Shown in pieces: positions 25,101 through 39,998 of a DNA stretch of 64,000 nt. The stretch's first letter is position 1, and every line of letters begins with the position of its first letter. Origin of the DNA: Heptranchias perlo. Its lineage: Eukaryota. The stretch spans positions 33,666,001 through 33,730,000 of the forward strand of contig NC_090345.1 in the NCBI RefSeq assembly GCF_035084215.1, given 5' to 3'. The notes beneath the pieces were generated by a model that was given only the letters and a program-made list of their open reading frames with translations, searched no databases and was not told the DNA's origin. A program made the position numbers and the translations under genes.

Positions 25101-27040
25101 TATTTATTTTCCCTTCATTTGTGCTCATCATTTCTTCATCCCCTGTCCATTCAGCCTTGGCAAAAAATGTGGATGAAATGAGATGCCTTTTACGGCTGTC
25201 CAAAAGCTTGCTGATTCTTTTGTGCTCCTTTATGACACTCCCCTTTAATTATCCCATCCCCTTAAATTTCACTTACCGGCAAATTTTCCTTTCCTACCAT
25301 AGGTCTCTACCGTAAACCTGTCTGAGTTTTCACCCGAATTTTTAAACAATTTTTCCATTTAGCTTAGACCAAAGAATTGATTCGCACATGACCATTTAAG
25401 TGGGATTAACACCAGTTCAAAACCATTCAGAACTGAATTAGACCTGAAGATGAAATTCAGCCCTTTTATTTTCCTCTTTCTTTCTCGTTCTTTTGCTCTC
25501 TCTTTGGCTGTCTCACATTTCTTTCATTGTAGTGTCTAGATCATTCAGCCTTACTTTTTTTCTCATTGTTTCTGTCTCATTCATTCTACCAGTCTCTCCT
25601 CTCCTCGTGTTCCTTTCTGTTCTATATAGCTCTCATACAAGTTCCTGTACTGATTTACTCAATGTGTATTCCTTATTTTTTTTAAGGCCAAGGGTATGCA
25701 GGAAGATGGGAGGTAACATATACCAAGTTAAAGGTGAGGGCAGGCAGATACTTTCAAAGAGGTGTTGCAACATGGGTGATTTAGAGAGACGATGGGGCTG
25801 TGGGTTGGGCTATGCAGCTGGTAGGAAACAATGGGTTGGAGTTGAAGCTTGGAAGGAACAGGCAGAGGGATTAGGGAAAGGGCTGGACTTGTAATCTTGG
25901 AAGATAGTATCTGCAAGCAATGGGGCCTCGGAGATTTTTGGGGTGGCTGGGCTTTGGCAGTACTTATGGTAGGATTCGGATTACTCATGAGGTAGGATGT
26001 GAGGCCTGGATGAACTAGGGGGTGGGAGGAATGGTGCCTGGGATTTCTCAAGGGATGGGTCAGATGACTTGGAGACAAGAGGCTGGGGTCTGGGAAAATG
26101 GGGATGCAACTGGGATGTGTGGCCAGTCATGGAAAGGATTGGAGGTAGGGAGGCTAGGAGTATGGAGCATTGGCCATCTGGGCTGTTGGGAGATTGGAGG
26201 CAGCTAGGGAGTAAAAGTACTGGAGGTAATGCACTTGAAAGGGAATAGGTTGAGTGAGCGCTAGGATGGGTGGGGGGAGCTGGCAGCATGGGCTAGATAG
26301 GGACTGAAAACACAGAGGCCTGTAGGAACTTTGAGGGGGAAGATGGGGTTGGGACGTGCTGGACCAAATGGCCTCCTTCTGTGGTGTAAACTATGGTTAT
26401 ATGATTGTATGGTTGTGGAGCTAGAAGAAGATAAGGTCTTGGCCCAAGTATGACACTAGATGAGGAGTACTGACCCAGTTCTGGGAGAAGCCATAGCATG
26501 GAATGAAGCAAAATACTGGTTATGAGCACCATGCTGGGTGTGGCAGAGTTAGCAGTGGTGACAGGAAGCAGCAATGTCAGGCAGCAGGCAAGAGATGCCA
26601 CCGAGAACTGAAGAAGCTATAAAGATGGGTTTTGATGGGGTTCCAGCCAAAAACGTATGAGCATGATTAATGTATCTTAGGTGGGGCCAGGCTGGTTACA
26701 CCTACAGGTAAATTTTCTGGTTGTACCGCTAAAACGGCAAGACCTTGAAACAGCGAGCATAATGCTTGCCAAAATCCTGCTGGGCCCATCTTGGAGGATT
26801 TCTTGAAGTTGTACTTATTAGTTATCCACAATGAGCTCACAGCCCAGATTGGATGTGCCTAAAGGGTCTTGCTATCAGTGGAAAGTAGCTATTTAAAGGG
26901 GCTGCTTTCAATGCTGGGCATAAAAGAAGAAATGGGCGGAGAAAGGCGCAGATCATCTCCACGTTCTGAGGTATATTTGGAGCTGTTTGTGGATGAAATG
27001 CAGTGAAGGAGAGATAGCCTTTTTGGCATCCTATTGCCAG

Positions 27041-27140
27041 TTCCACTCCAGCACCATCCCATTTCCTGTTCCACTCCAGCACCATCCCATTTCCTGTTCC
27101 ACTCCAGCACCATCCCATTTTCTGTTCCATTCCAGCACCA
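27041..27140. repeat. 28-bp tandem repeat x3.6
   Basis: Unit TTCCACTCCAGCACCATCCCATTTCCTG, head to tail with no spacers. Confidence 0.92.
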
Positions 27141-27294
27141 CCAGCAATGGAGAGCAGAAAATTTACCCTCCAACTTTGTTGGAGCAAAATGTCTTCAACA
27201 GCTCTCTAAATATAAGGTTAGTGGCATAGTGCTACCTTTGAGATGGTATTAATGGTAGCACTGGTAAAGGCATAAGGAAGAGTACATTTCCACT

Positions 27295-27516
27295 AACCAG
27301 GACACCAGGAAAACTCCTAGCTCTTCTTTGCATAATGCCAAAAGACCTCTTACATCCAGTCAGAGACTCAGTTTAACGTCTCATCAGAAAGATAGCATCT
27401 CTGACAATGCAGCACTCCCTCAGTACTGCCTAAAGTGATGAAGTCCTGAGTATGGCTTGAACCACAACCTTCTGATTCAGAGTCAAGAATACAACCAACT
27501 GAGCCAAATTGACACT
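27295..27516 (-). mobile_element. Degenerate copy of the same SINE
   Basis: gtgtcaatttggctcagttgg...gaaggttgtggttcaag head plus a Deu-like core. Confidence 0.7.
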
Positions 27517-28264
27517 CAACTACTGTGGATAGTGACAAGATGTTAGATCTTTCTCTGCTCTTTGCCTGAGAATTCAGCATTCCCCAGAGTCAGGGCAGAG
27601 GGAAAAAAAGGTGAAGACCCGTGATGCCAGGTCTGTGTCGCCATTATATTGCCCTAGAATTTCTTGGGGCTTATCCATGAAGCGCTATTGGTCCTGCACC
27701 TGTAGTAGGACCAGTAGCTACTACAGGTGCAGGACCTGTAGTAGCTACTGGTATTTTAATGAGTGGGGAGGGGCATCCCAGGCCTCTTACCTCATCTCCT
27801 GCTGATTCCTCACAGGATGCCCATAGACACCTGGTGCTATGACCTGCCCCCTATAGGCTCTGCGGGGATCGGCTGCAGTCATAGAAGCAGATACGAAAAT
27901 ACGGAATCTTCATTTAAAGCCCCCCAGGACAATCTGAAGGCCTTGGGGCTTTCTGGTTGCTGCTCTTTGTTTTCTAGGCACACTGCCAAGCTGGGGTTTG
28001 GCCTGTGCCTGGAGTGTGCCCAGGCCATGGAAATGACCAAGGGGAGGAAGAACAAGGGCAGCTGCCTCGTCACAGATGTAGCCCACCTGAGGTGTGCTGT
28101 GGCTGCTGGGAGTCCAGTGGGTACCTTTAGAGGAACCTAATATTTAGCACCAGTGCACTAAAAAGAAAATGAAGCCTCTACCTCCTTACACATTGCTAAA
28201 ACATACCAAAGTCATCAAATCAACAACTAAAAAAAAAATCTAATTATTCTTTGACAAGCTTTAC

Positions 28265-28381
28265 CGTGAATATCTTGTTTCTATTATTGAGGGTTGTTCT
28301 CCTCTGACATGCATACTGAGAAATAGTTGCCACTGGTGAAGCTGATGGCAGATCTGATTGAAGTAGACAGGCCTTCTGTAC
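28265..28381 (-). CDS. DNTT: TdT exon 3, 117 nt
   Basis: VQKACLLQSDLPSASPVATISQYACQRRTTLNNRNKIFT; acceptor tttccttag, donor gtaaag. Confidence 0.95.
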
Positions 28382-31300
28382 CTAAGGAAAGGAACGGAGA
28401 AGAATCAATTGCATTGCAAATTCAGGTTAGGGTTTGTGGCTTTCTGTTAGGCTTGCTTGATCTATCTATTCTATGTCAAATGAACATACATAATATTGTT
28501 AGCAGCCAGTAATTGATGTTTTAAGATTCATTAACTCAACTAATGACTACCAAGTAGTCAGTTTGTTGTTTGTTACTTAGTGCACCAGTTAAAGGAGATT
28601 CTTTGTAAAATAGAAACAAATAAATTCATACAGGGTGGATTCGACAAAATCTTTCCCCATAGTTATGTGTTATGATTTCCTCTTATCTGCAGCATGAAAG
28701 AACCAGTCCTAAATAAAGGGTAAGAAACAGCTGAAGACTGAAATCTTAACTTGCATTTTTTAAACGGATAAGCTATATAAGGAGATATGGAGTTATTTTG
28801 GTCATTCTATGTAACAAATCTCACACTGCATAGCTCACAGCAAACCGGAGCTTTTATAAGATCTGGGGTGTTATTGCCAAATAATATTATGGGGACACAG
28901 ATTTATCACCACTGGGGGTTGCCCTGAAATTTGGGAACATTGGAAGGGAATCAGGAGTCTGGCAGTACACTGGAATGGGGTCTCAGGGTCTAGCACTACT
29001 TTCAAGTGGATCCCAGGGTTCCATGAGTACTTCAGTGGGGGGCTTCTGGGAACAGGGGGGTAGGTCCTGGGAGGTTCCAGGGTTTGGGAATGCAGACTAA
29101 GCTTTTTTGGCCACTGAGAGAGAGAGTTCTTGGATCTGGTAGTGTGGTAAAAGTCAAGGAAGGGAATCCTAGAGTATAGCAGGACTGGAGAGGGAGCATT
29201 GGGAGGCTGAGGGCGAGAGTCTGAAAATATTGCTGGGATCTGGCAGTATAGGCTGGACAGCGCCTAGCAGCAGAAGAAAAAGCGGCAGACCTCCTTGAAG
29301 TGGGTGCAGAGCGGTTAAGATCTGGTAGAGACCTCCTGCCTCATCTTCCTCCAGGTACACCTGGAGCTGGTGCCCATTTGGAGTTATATCCAAAGAATTT
29401 GATGGTAGTCCTTGCATGTGGCCTCTCTCACATCGGGCCAGGAGGCTTTCTTGCTGCTGTTTCTGTCAAAGAGCGGGCCTGTTCCTGAGGTGCGTTGGGC
29501 TTTTGCAGATGATCAGAACCCACAAGTACAGGTAGCTTCAGGTCATGGTATGTGCTTCTAACTCCTTTGACTGTAAAGCACTTTGGGATGCCCCGAGGAC
29601 ATGAAATGTATTATATAAGTGCAAGTTGTTATTCTTCTTTACAAATCTCTCTCATTTGTTGGGAAACATCACACTGCCACAGCATATAATCAGTCTAAAA
29701 ACTACTAATGTGTGTTTATTAAGAGGCAAAATTACAGAAGCAAGAATGACTCAGCAAATGACTGTTCCAAAGCAATAATAGTTCTGAGCTCTTAATCAAT
29801 TTCCTTCAATAACTTTTAACTACAAGTCCATTATGAACGGGTTTGTATAAGAAATGAATGTCATAGAATCTAGCATTAGGCTCCCAACCCATATAATTAA
29901 ACAGAAAATTGAGGAACAAGCCTGGCTATTAATCTCTCTTTACTTTTGTAGTCCAAACTGCTACGAAAGAAAATAGAAAGCTTTCACAATGAATCAACAG
30001 TATCAAAATGGATTTCAATGGTATTAGGACGACATCTCGGCTGTCAATCAAAATCAGCATGAAATATCATGGTACTAGCTGAATTAAATACCAATCAACA
30101 CCTCAGTCAGGTTTCGCATATCCAATTAATGCTTGACAACATATAAACTGATAGCTGGTTGGCCTGCCAAACAAAAGCAGTATGACTTTGACAATATCTT
30201 ATAAGCAAGAGAACTTCCATCTAATACAGTTCAAAGTCATATACATTTTCCCAATGCAATTAGAGTTGTCAGAGGAGAAAACCATTACCTTTTTAAAAGT
30301 GACATTATTTAAATAGTCATGGGCTAAAGGTTACTAGTGTCCCAACCCAGATAAAATTTCACCCAGGCAATTTTACACACTGAAATTACACATAGAAATC
30401 CCTTCTCAGTGACCAGAACCGAATCCACGACTGTACTGGGGCTAGCTAAAATTTGTATAGAAAGATAAATACAGAATTTATAATCTGAAACAGAACAGAC
30501 CCTCAGGTCCGTCACAGTACTCACAAAATCCTCAAATTGTTCTCAATTAGGCTGTCAGAATTCTCGCTCAAAGTGGAACCATATAAATATGAAATAGCAA
30601 GTAGTAAACCCTACTCCTCCTAGGTACCAACAACAAATAAAGAAAACGAACCACCATTCAACAGTAGGTTAGCAGTCACAAGCTTCATCACAAATAAAAA
30701 AGGGAATTTGGAATTTAAACATTTTCACTAAATGGATTTTATCAGCTGGTAACATATTTCTAAACTGGGTCCTATATTCATATTATAATGCTTTAATTTA
30801 TTATTCATCCAGAAGGTGTCAGTTTTATAATTTTTAGTTTGCTCTAGTTGAGAACTCTGTACATATTGATTTTTTTCTTCGGAGCGTCCTTCATTTTTAC
30901 CATTATACTTAAAATACAGTATTGTTGCCTTATGATGCATGGCACCAGATGGTTTGTGCAGTGAGGTAGATTAGAGTTGATAGCAGTTGTCTAATATATT
31001 TTTAGCATGAAGACAGCCTGCCACTTACATGAAGATGTCAGCTCACTCGTTTTTCAAGTGTGCTGATTTCAGAAAAAGTCATCAGCAACTCAAAAAAATT
31101 GCTGATCACATTTCAGATTGCACACTTGATTTTCCACACGGCAGAAGGCTTCAGAAAAGATTACTCCGATTCAACTAGGATGCTCCACGTTTGTGATAAG
31201 ATTAATTTTTAAAAATCATGATAATCAAATGTTGTTGCAGATTTGCTGATCAGCGGATTCAGGCTCTTGCAGCACGTGATATACTTTTGCCATTCTTGGG

Positions 31301-33967
31301 CAGAGGCTTAAGTAAAAGAAGAGTGCCACCTTCCACTTGGGGCTTCATCCTTGTCTGAACAGGAAGCAACAGAGGAATCAGAAGTTATGAAGCTAACTGC
31401 CCCACCTGCTTGTCTTCCTACTCAGCTACAACAACAAAAAAGAGAAGCTGGATGAATGCCAGACCATAATGTGGTCTGTACAGTTCTACTGTGTATGCAA
31501 TTTGTCAACTTAGGCATTGCCTGTAATTGGGTGTGATAAGCACAATGATGTGGCTTTTAACCCTTTTAGTGTTGCTGATTATTGACCTGCCTCAGAATGC
31601 AGTAATAGAATTATTTTTAGGTTGGTTTAATACTTTGAAATTTTCATTTGTACTCAAGACATTGTGGCATTTAACTCACTTGCTGCAGTCAAATTACTTG
31701 GAAGCATTACCACCAAGGCACTGTCCAGATGTTTCACTGTCTCGCAAATAAAATATATAAATTGAGATCACAACCAACAGGAAAAGTAGCATTATTTGCT
31801 CTGGAGTTTCAGCTGAATGTTTAATGACGTATACAGAGAGATAGGACACAATAGGGCTGATTTTCCTTCCTCCCATTTCACTGGGCACAAATCAGGTGCA
31901 GTGCGTGCAAAGTGCTCTGCTTGCCCTGGATTTAACCCACTTGAAATTGTGGGTTTAGGCCATTACCCTAGGCCCAATGTATCCCCGGCACAGGCAGGGC
32001 TTTGTGCCTGGAATAGGGGAGAGGTCGGCTGTGGGGCGTTCTGTGAGAAAACAGCAGCCAGAAGACCTTCAGCCTCACAGCTGTTGTCAGATACCTGGAA
32101 GAAAATGTATGTATCTTTTTCCTGACTCTGTCTTCTTGCTGCCTGCCTCAACTTAGATCCTTCAATCTAGGTGGGATTAGGCCTACGGTGCAGTTGTCCT
32201 TGGCATTCCTGGAAATGGGCATCCAACCAACATCCTGAGTGCAATGTGAAGTAGGAGGTGCTGTCATGTCACTCCCATGAATTTGAATGCTTGCACTCCA
32301 GGAAATTCACAGGTCTCTGCCCCGTTTTGCTCTGCTTTGCACCTGGGAAATAAACATTCCCCAGATACAAGGCAGAGTAAAATATGTTTAAAAGCACATA
32401 AAAAATATCAACCTAGATTATTGATAAAGATACAGAAAAGTCTAATTGGCCAGCACTCTTCCACTGTAATTTTATCATTTCACTGAGTCTGAGAGCCATT
32501 CTGTGACCTCCATCAGAGTTAATGCTGTGAAGTTCAGAAAATCAAGAATGATAGATGTTAAAAACAATGTTAAAAATAAACACAAAAGTGTAAGTCCATT
32601 AACTAATTACAATAGCCTCAATGATGAGGCTTTATCTAAATCTTACACAAGGGTCTGTTTCAACATTTGGCTTTATCTTGTGACAGATTATTCCCTGCCA
32701 TATTAAAATTCACAATCAATGTACTTGAAGCCTTTGTATCATTCATTATTTTTAAAGTATAAGACAAGTCAATAGAAGAAGTAAGGTATAAAATTATTAC
32801 TCTAACTTGTATGACCCTTTCCTCAGCTTGTTGATTTTACAACAGTGCTAGCTGAGGTCCACATGATCATATTACTGTACAAGCAAGGATTCCTAACTAC
32901 AATCAATAGTTATTTTAGCTTTCTATCACCATCTTTAAAAATAATGTTGCATGTTGGTGCCACATCTCTGCATACTACATACTGTACGCATTGCAACACT
33001 AATTGGATTCAATGCATTAGGTGACTGTAGCCCAGTGTGCTGCAGGTCTCAAACTCCTTTGTACGTGATCTACCACTGATTCACAATGCTCGTAATCTAA
33101 AATACTTATCATCATGTTACAATGCATATCTATATGAAAGTTTCAGAAGACACAAAGAAATCATATATATCAGAAAGTTTTTTCTGAAATTTTTTGATGA
33201 ATTTCAAATCCTATACATGAAATAAAAGGTGATATTCATTCAAATGGTCTTTCTCTCTCTCTCACACACACACAGTTTTTGTCTTTAATTGCTTTCCATT
33301 CTACAGTGCCATCACGTGGTTGTATATACAGACATCTTATCATTTATCTCACAGCATAGAAACTATCTTGAGTAACATAGTTTTTTTTAATATCTTCTAA
33401 TATAATTCAAAGTAGCGTCAAGACCCATAAATAGACACTGGCATGCTTAAATATGTATGTAGGACACCGCTTTATCTCTTGGAAATATACAAAAAAGTCG
33501 TACAACGAGGGTGCATTATGAAGAATGTCTTTTATTGGAATTTCTTATTAGTGAAGGATCCATAAGCGAAAATTCATTACTTCAGAGGGGATGGCACATC
33601 ACAGTCTTATAAATAAGGTGTATTGTATATAGAATAATAAGTACATGAGGGAGTTGCAAAGTAATGTATAATCCAGTTAATAGCCTCAAGACATGAGTTT
33701 GTAAATAAAATTTGAATCCAAAGATTGGAATCAAGCTTTTAACTCCCTCCTGCTTATTTCTTATTTTAGATAACTAATATTTTCGCAATGCAACATAAAA
33801 TCTAAATTTTGTAGCCATTACATATCAAGTGCATTAAGCAAAACTACAAAGATGAAATTATATAATGTCGGAGAAAGGGTATAACAACTGTCAATGATGT
33901 TCAATTTGAGGGGTTACAAAATTGTGCTGGGTTCATCCTCCCACCTGCAATATTCTGGCAAGGTGGC

Positions 33968-34680
33968 TACATAGGAACAGGAGTAGGTGATTCAACCCCT
34001 CGAGCCTCTTCTGTCATTCAATTAGATCATGACTGATCTTTACCTCAACTCCATTTACCCATTCTATATCCCTTGATACCCTTACCTAACAAAAATCTAT
34101 TATCTCAGTCTTCAAAATTTCAATTGACCCAGCATCCAGAGCCTTTTTGGGGAGGAGTTCCAGATTTCCACTATCCTCCGAGTGCAAAAGCTCTAATTTT
34201 AAGAATATGCCCTCTTGATCTGGATTTCCCACCAGGGGAAATAGTTTATCTGTATCAACCCTATCAAATCCCTTAATTATTTTAAATACCACAATCAGAT
34301 TACCACATAACCATCGAAACTCGAGGGAATACAAGCCAAGTTTATACAACCTGTCCTCCTAATTTAACCCTTTAGGCCCAGGCATCATTTTGGTAAATCT
34401 GCTCTCTACCCCTCCAAGGCCAATACATCTTTTCTGAGGTGCAGTGCCCAAAACTGAAAGCAGTACTCCAGATGAAGTCTGACCAGGGCTCTATACAACT
34501 GAAGCATCACTTCCTGACATTTGAATTCCAACCCCCTTGATATAAAGGCCAACATTGCATTAGCCTGATTACTTTTTGTATCTGTGCACTAGCTTTTAGT
34601 GATTTGTGTACATGGACACCTAAACCCCTTTGCTCCTCCACAGATCCTAGATTCTCATCATTACAGAAAAAGAGTCCAGT
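33968..34680 (-). mobile_element. CR1 LINE 3' fragment
   Basis: EQRGLGVHVHKSLK..., KLGLYSLEFRWLCGNLIVVFKIIKGFDRVD; tail acataggaacaggagtagg. Confidence 0.9.
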
Positions 34681-35175
34681 TAACTGAACTTTAAAAGACA
34701 GATTAGGTTTAATTAGTTTCGTATTGTCTCTCCTGTACCATAAAAACATTCCCACAAATTTTATGAAGATTGCATTTACCCAATTTTTGATTCACAGCTC
34801 TATTATCTGATTGATCTAATCCGTATATACAAAATTGGTCTGATTAGAAAACTTCATTTTGCATATTACCCTAATTAGTGTAACAAATAAACCCTACAAG
34901 CATCAAAAAGTCGCAAATCACTTTATCATGAATTGAAGTGTGAAAACTTAAAGCCAAATTAGCACGTTTTCCTCTTCTTGCTGCTATATTTCCTGTTACG
35001 CATGACAAGCAACAAGAAACAGTATTAGTTCAAACCAACAGACTAAACCAAAGCTGTGGCTTTGGTACAGCGTGGTTGATTTTGTATTGGCTCATCACCC
35101 CACTATAAGTCAGCACGTACAGTTTGCACATGCCCCACTTAAATATTGCTGAATCCTGCTGCATTTTCAGGATTA

Positions 35176-36521
35176 GAGTCATAGAGTCATAGAGTTATAC
35201 AGCACGGATAGAGGCCCTTCGGCCCATCGTGTCCGCGCCGGCCATCAGCCCTGTCTACTCTAATCCCATATTCCAGCATTTGGTCCGTAGCCTTGTGTGC
35301 TATGGCATTTCAAGTGCTCATCCAAATGCTTCTTGAATGTTGTGAGGGTTCCTGCCTCCACAACCCTTTCAGGCAGTGAGTTCCAGACTCCAACCACCCT
35401 CTGGGTGAAAAAGTTCTTTCTCAAATCCCCTCTAAACCTCCCGCCTTTTACCTTGAATCTATGTCCCCTTGTTATAGTACCCTCAACGAAGGGAAAAAGC
35501 TCCTTAGTATCCATCCTATCTGTGCCCCTCATAATTTTGTACACCTCAATCATGTCCCCCCTCAGCCTCCTCTGCTCCAAGGAAAACAAACCCAATCTTC
35601 CCAGTCTCTCTTCATAGCTGAAGCGCTCCAGCCCTGGTAACATCCTGGTGAATCTCCTCTGCACCCTCTCCAAAGCGATCACATCCTTCCTGTAATGTGG
35701 CGACCAGAACTGCACACAGTACTCCAGCTGTGGCCTAACCAGTGTTTTATACAGCTCCATCATAACCTCCTTGCTCTTATATTCTATGCCTCGGCTAATA
35801 AAGGCAAGTATCCCATATGCCTTCTTTACCACCTTATCTACCTGTTCCGCCGCCTTCAGGGATCTGTGAACTTGCACACCAAGATCCCTCTGACCCTCTG
35901 TCTTGCCTAGGGTCCTCCCATTCATTGTGTATTCCCTTGCCTTGTTAGTCCCTCCAAAGTGCATCACCTCGCACTTTTCCGGGTTAAATTCCATTTGCCA
36001 CTGTTCCGCCCATCTGACCAACCCATCTATATCGTCCTGCAGACTGAGGCTATCCTCCTCGCTATTTACCACCCTACCAATTTTTGTATCATCAACGAAC
36101 TTACTGATCATACCTTTTACATTCATATCCAAGTCATTAATGTAGACCACAAACAGCAAGGGACCCAGCACCGATCCCTGTGGTACCCCACTGGCCACAG
36201 GCTTCCAGTCACAAAAACAACCTTCGACCATCACCCTCTGCCTTCTGCCACTAAGCCAGTTTTGTATCCAAAGTGCCAAGGCACCCTGGATTCCATGGGC
36301 TCGTACCTTCTTGACCAGTCTCCTGTGGGGGACTTTATCGAAGGCCTTACTGAAATCCATGTATACCACATCCACTGCGTTACCCTCATCCACACGCCTA
36401 GTCACCCCCTCAAAAAATTCAATCAAATTAGTCAGACATGATCTTCCCTTGACAAAGCCATGTTGACTATCCCTGATTAATCCTTGCTTCTCCAAGTGGA
36501 GACTAATTTTGTCCTTCAGAA
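35176..36521 (-). mobile_element. Young 5'-truncated CR1 LINE with an uninterrupted RT frame
   Basis: SQHGFVKGRSCLTNLIEFF, VYMDFSKAFDKV, GVPQGSVLGP, FVDDTK; tail (agagtcat)n. Confidence 0.96.
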
Positions 36522-36529
36522 TAAGCGCA

Positions 36530-37900
36530 TGATTCACACCTCCTATTTGGCTCGCCCATTGGGATCCTGGAATTTGTGTGTTGCCACAAGTCTTACAGGC
36601 CTGCAGCAGCTCAAAAAGGTTTTTGTTAGACCTGAGAAAGTTCAGGATACACATGAAAACTTTGGTAGGCAGTTGTGGTAGCTGCAGGGCACCACTGTTT
36701 GGATAGGAGGCCACAGATACTGTTTCACAGAGGGGAGATGTCCTTTTTCTTTGGCCATCGGATTTGGTAGGAAGTCAATGGTCATGTCATTGCCAGAATC
36801 ACTGTCCAGAAGATCTGGATTCAGTGTCAAAAAAAGTTCAATGACCTCACCAGGAGGGCAAAGGTAGGGGTGACTGCACTGTGACCTTGTAGTAATGCAG
36901 TGTGGTAACTATTATTAGCATGAACTGTTCTTTCCTACCTGTGCATCCTTACACTATTTAACTAGCTTCCCATGGTGGTCCATTAGGCTGCACTCTACAC
37001 TTCCCAGCACCTCCATTTACCAGCAGTTCTTCCTTCAGTAGGAAACTTAACTATATACCCCATTGCCAACTCCTGTCATGTAAAGCACTTGCATGATGCA
37101 TGTTTCTGTGTTGCCAACATGTGCACATATCACCCTGATAACTCAGATATCGGTGTATGTTATGCCACCAGTGTCAACTATTCTGGTTAACAAGAGTCAG
37201 AGGTGAAGAAAGGGCGGAGGAACATCCAACCTGCATCCTCTCTCCCAATTTTGAGGAGCAGATCTTCCAAATGCAGAGATGGGACTTTGAAGATGAAGCA
37301 AGAAACAGGAAGTCAGAGACCAGATCCCAGCTCAGGGAACCATAGCACATTTATCCTTCCTTTAATATCCATCCTATTGAGTCACACACTCATTGACAGT
37401 GAAGCATTAAGCAGCCAGTCCATACCAATAGTGCAGGCAAATGTTACGTGACATCAAGGTGTAATGAGAACATTTTGTAACATTTCTTTTTCTTCTGTTT
37501 CTTTAGGTATAACAGAAGCAGCTGAGATAGTTCATACGGTATACTATTGCTTCAGGCGGTTTAGAAGGGCCTGTGCCCAGTTGGAAGCACACACCCCTAG
37601 CGCATCGTGCCACTCAATCGCACCCTGGCAAACATCAACACAGGCCCATCTACACTGGGAGATTTAGAAGTGAATCTGAGGAGAGTGCACTGGGCGAAAC
37701 ACAGAGCACAAGTCAACAGGTAGAGATGGCACAGAAGGAGCAGTCAGTAGCTGGCCGGAGGATGAGATCACATCCATCCACAGCTGATAAGGACAGGGTC
37801 TTGACCTCAGAGACACAAAGGATCAGTGGAGGCATGGAACACATTCCAAGATGATTGCAACCTGATACACTTGACACAACCTCAGCATGGAGCAGGTGCA
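36530..37900 (+). mobile_element. Harbinger Myb/SANT-like remnant
   Basis: KIWIQCQKKFNDLTRRAK|gtaggg at about 36810-36870; boundaries approximate. Confidence 0.6.
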
Positions 37901-38469
37901 AAAGAAAAGAACCAGCCTCAGACTCAGTAGCAGAGGAGGACCCCGGCCATCAGCCATCTTATGTGACACTGTGAACATGCAAAATGTAGGTACCTTGCAT
38001 TGGTTGTGTGCTTGATGTTTGTTCTTGCTACATTTTATGGGCCACATGGTAAATGCATTGACATGGCAGCAATGAATCTAGAGCAACAGTTACTGGAGTC
38101 CTGTACATTGTGTTATAAATTGGATAGCCAGGTGGTGAAGGATAGAATACTAGAGCCTAGTCTTCAGTTGCTTCCAAGCCTTTATTCACAGGACTCCATA
38201 TTTACACCCACCTGAATACAATTAATGCTAATTGATATAAATCACATGGATACAATTGACACATTGTGCCTCTGTGATGCTCCACCAAGATTACACTGTA
38301 CTGCTGTTAAGATGCCACACACAACAATTTCCTAGAACTTGACACAAATTAACTTTAGATTGGCAATCTCACTCAGGGAGGCTGGTGTACGAATTCAAAA
38401 AATTCATGCTGATGCTACACAGGGGTTTAGGCATTTTATTGGGGTAGAGTATAGGAAGTGTAGTGCTGC

Positions 38470-38950
38470 ATTGTAAAATTAAGCATAGTGTGAGTGGTAC
38501 TTATCTTGGCAACATTTCTGAGACTGGAAAATTTTTTCCTCACCTACTCCCAAGAATTGGTCACAAGTCTTCACTCTTTCTGCTACCTCCATCCAGGCTG
38601 CTCTCATGCTTCTCTTCAGAGGGGCTCCAAAAAGAACCATATGCCTGTGCAGCGCCTCCTGCAACAGGACCTCCAAAGCTGCACCCTGTAAAACTGCTGT
38701 TTATCATCCTAGTCTTGCTGCGGCCATTTCTACCCCTCTGTTGCAGTACAGTTTTAAGGCAACCAGCAACCCTTTAAGAATTACTGGTGCCAGATAGTGC
38801 ATGAAGCGGGGTTGCACTATGTGCCAGGAGCATTGCCGTATTATGGAAAGGGGTTGACCTTGCATATAACCTAAGGTAAACTCATTATGCTTCAGGTACA
38901 CGCAGAGCCAAAGAGTTATGCTCCTCCTGCCAACTGCATTTTCACCCCCT
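38470..38950 (-). mobile_element. Harbinger Myb/SANT-like remnant
   Basis: ALEVLLQEALHRHMVLFG...AWMEVAERV. Confidence 0.6.
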
Positions 38951-39998
38951 ATAGAGACACAGTGTTAAACAAGTGGCATTTGCTCAGAAAAAATTGACAT
39001 TTTAAACAGCTTAAAAACAGTCTACAGTGCTCAGCCTTTGAGTTACTCATGCACCAATTAGATGTTTACAGTATTAGCTATCATTTAACACCAAACTGCC
39101 TCACCTGACCAAGTGAGTCAGTTAGGTCTATTATGAGGCAGCTAATTAATGTTTTTTTTTGGTTTAAAGTGCCAGTACTTACAACATTGTATTGCCTTGT
39201 ATGATGATGAGTAGAGCTAAGCTTTAACACTATTGCTCAAACTGAGTTTTCACCTCTGCCAAGTGAGCTGATATCCATGTGGTTAGATATTTCCTATACA
39301 TTTCACGCTCTTGAGTGCTTCAACAACAGGAGCACTGGGAGCCCTAGGTGTAGCACAGCCAAATGCAACACAACGCTTCCTCCAATCTGATCCAAATATA
39401 TACCTTAAATCCTATGCTGCATCAACGTGAATTTCTTGACTTACCACACAAAGCTGCCCTTATGGCCTCCCTGAGTGACATTGCCAATTTAATGCAAATT
39501 TGTATCAAACTCTAGGACATTGTTTTGTGGGGCTATGCCTACTGGGAACTAGATCAAGCTCACCCAAGCCCATTTCAAACACGATCCTCACAGCCAATCA
39601 AGAGATGAAATTTCATTCCGCCCCTGCTGGATATAAGCACAGCTTCTAGGGGAGACTCTCATCGCCATTGTCATCTAATGTGATTGTCACGTTTTGATCA
39701 TTTTTTCTTCACGGCAAGGATTGTGTGATTGAGTTATGTTTAAGTGTTGCATTTTAAAACAAAATGAATTTGCACAGATCTAAAAACAAAGGCCATAGCC
39801 TGCATGCATTGGATGTGTGTGTTGAAACCAGAAGACTCAGTGTCATGGAATTCACAATTGGTACAATAAGGACCAGTTAACTTATCCCCGGACCATTAAT
39901 CATGGTGGCTCCCAATCATCTGGAGATCAACATAATGTGTCCTCTTTAAACTCACATTCTAAGGGAGGAGGACAAGTAGCCAGTATAATTGATAGGCT

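Noticed and set aside
27041-27140. CRISPR-like 28-bp repeats
   Set aside because: The units are contiguous with no spacers, there are no cas genes, and the context is eukaryotic.
35260-36714. 484-aa ORF as a host gene
   Set aside because: It is a 5'-truncated CR1 RT with its own 3' tail; the N-terminal 65 aa come from unrelated flanking DNA.
38957-38997. Cryptic V(D)J RSS (CACAGTG + 23 nt + AAAAAATTG)
   Set aside because: The nonamer matches ACAAAAACC at only 5/9. The other CACAGTG heptamers I checked had no credible nonamer.
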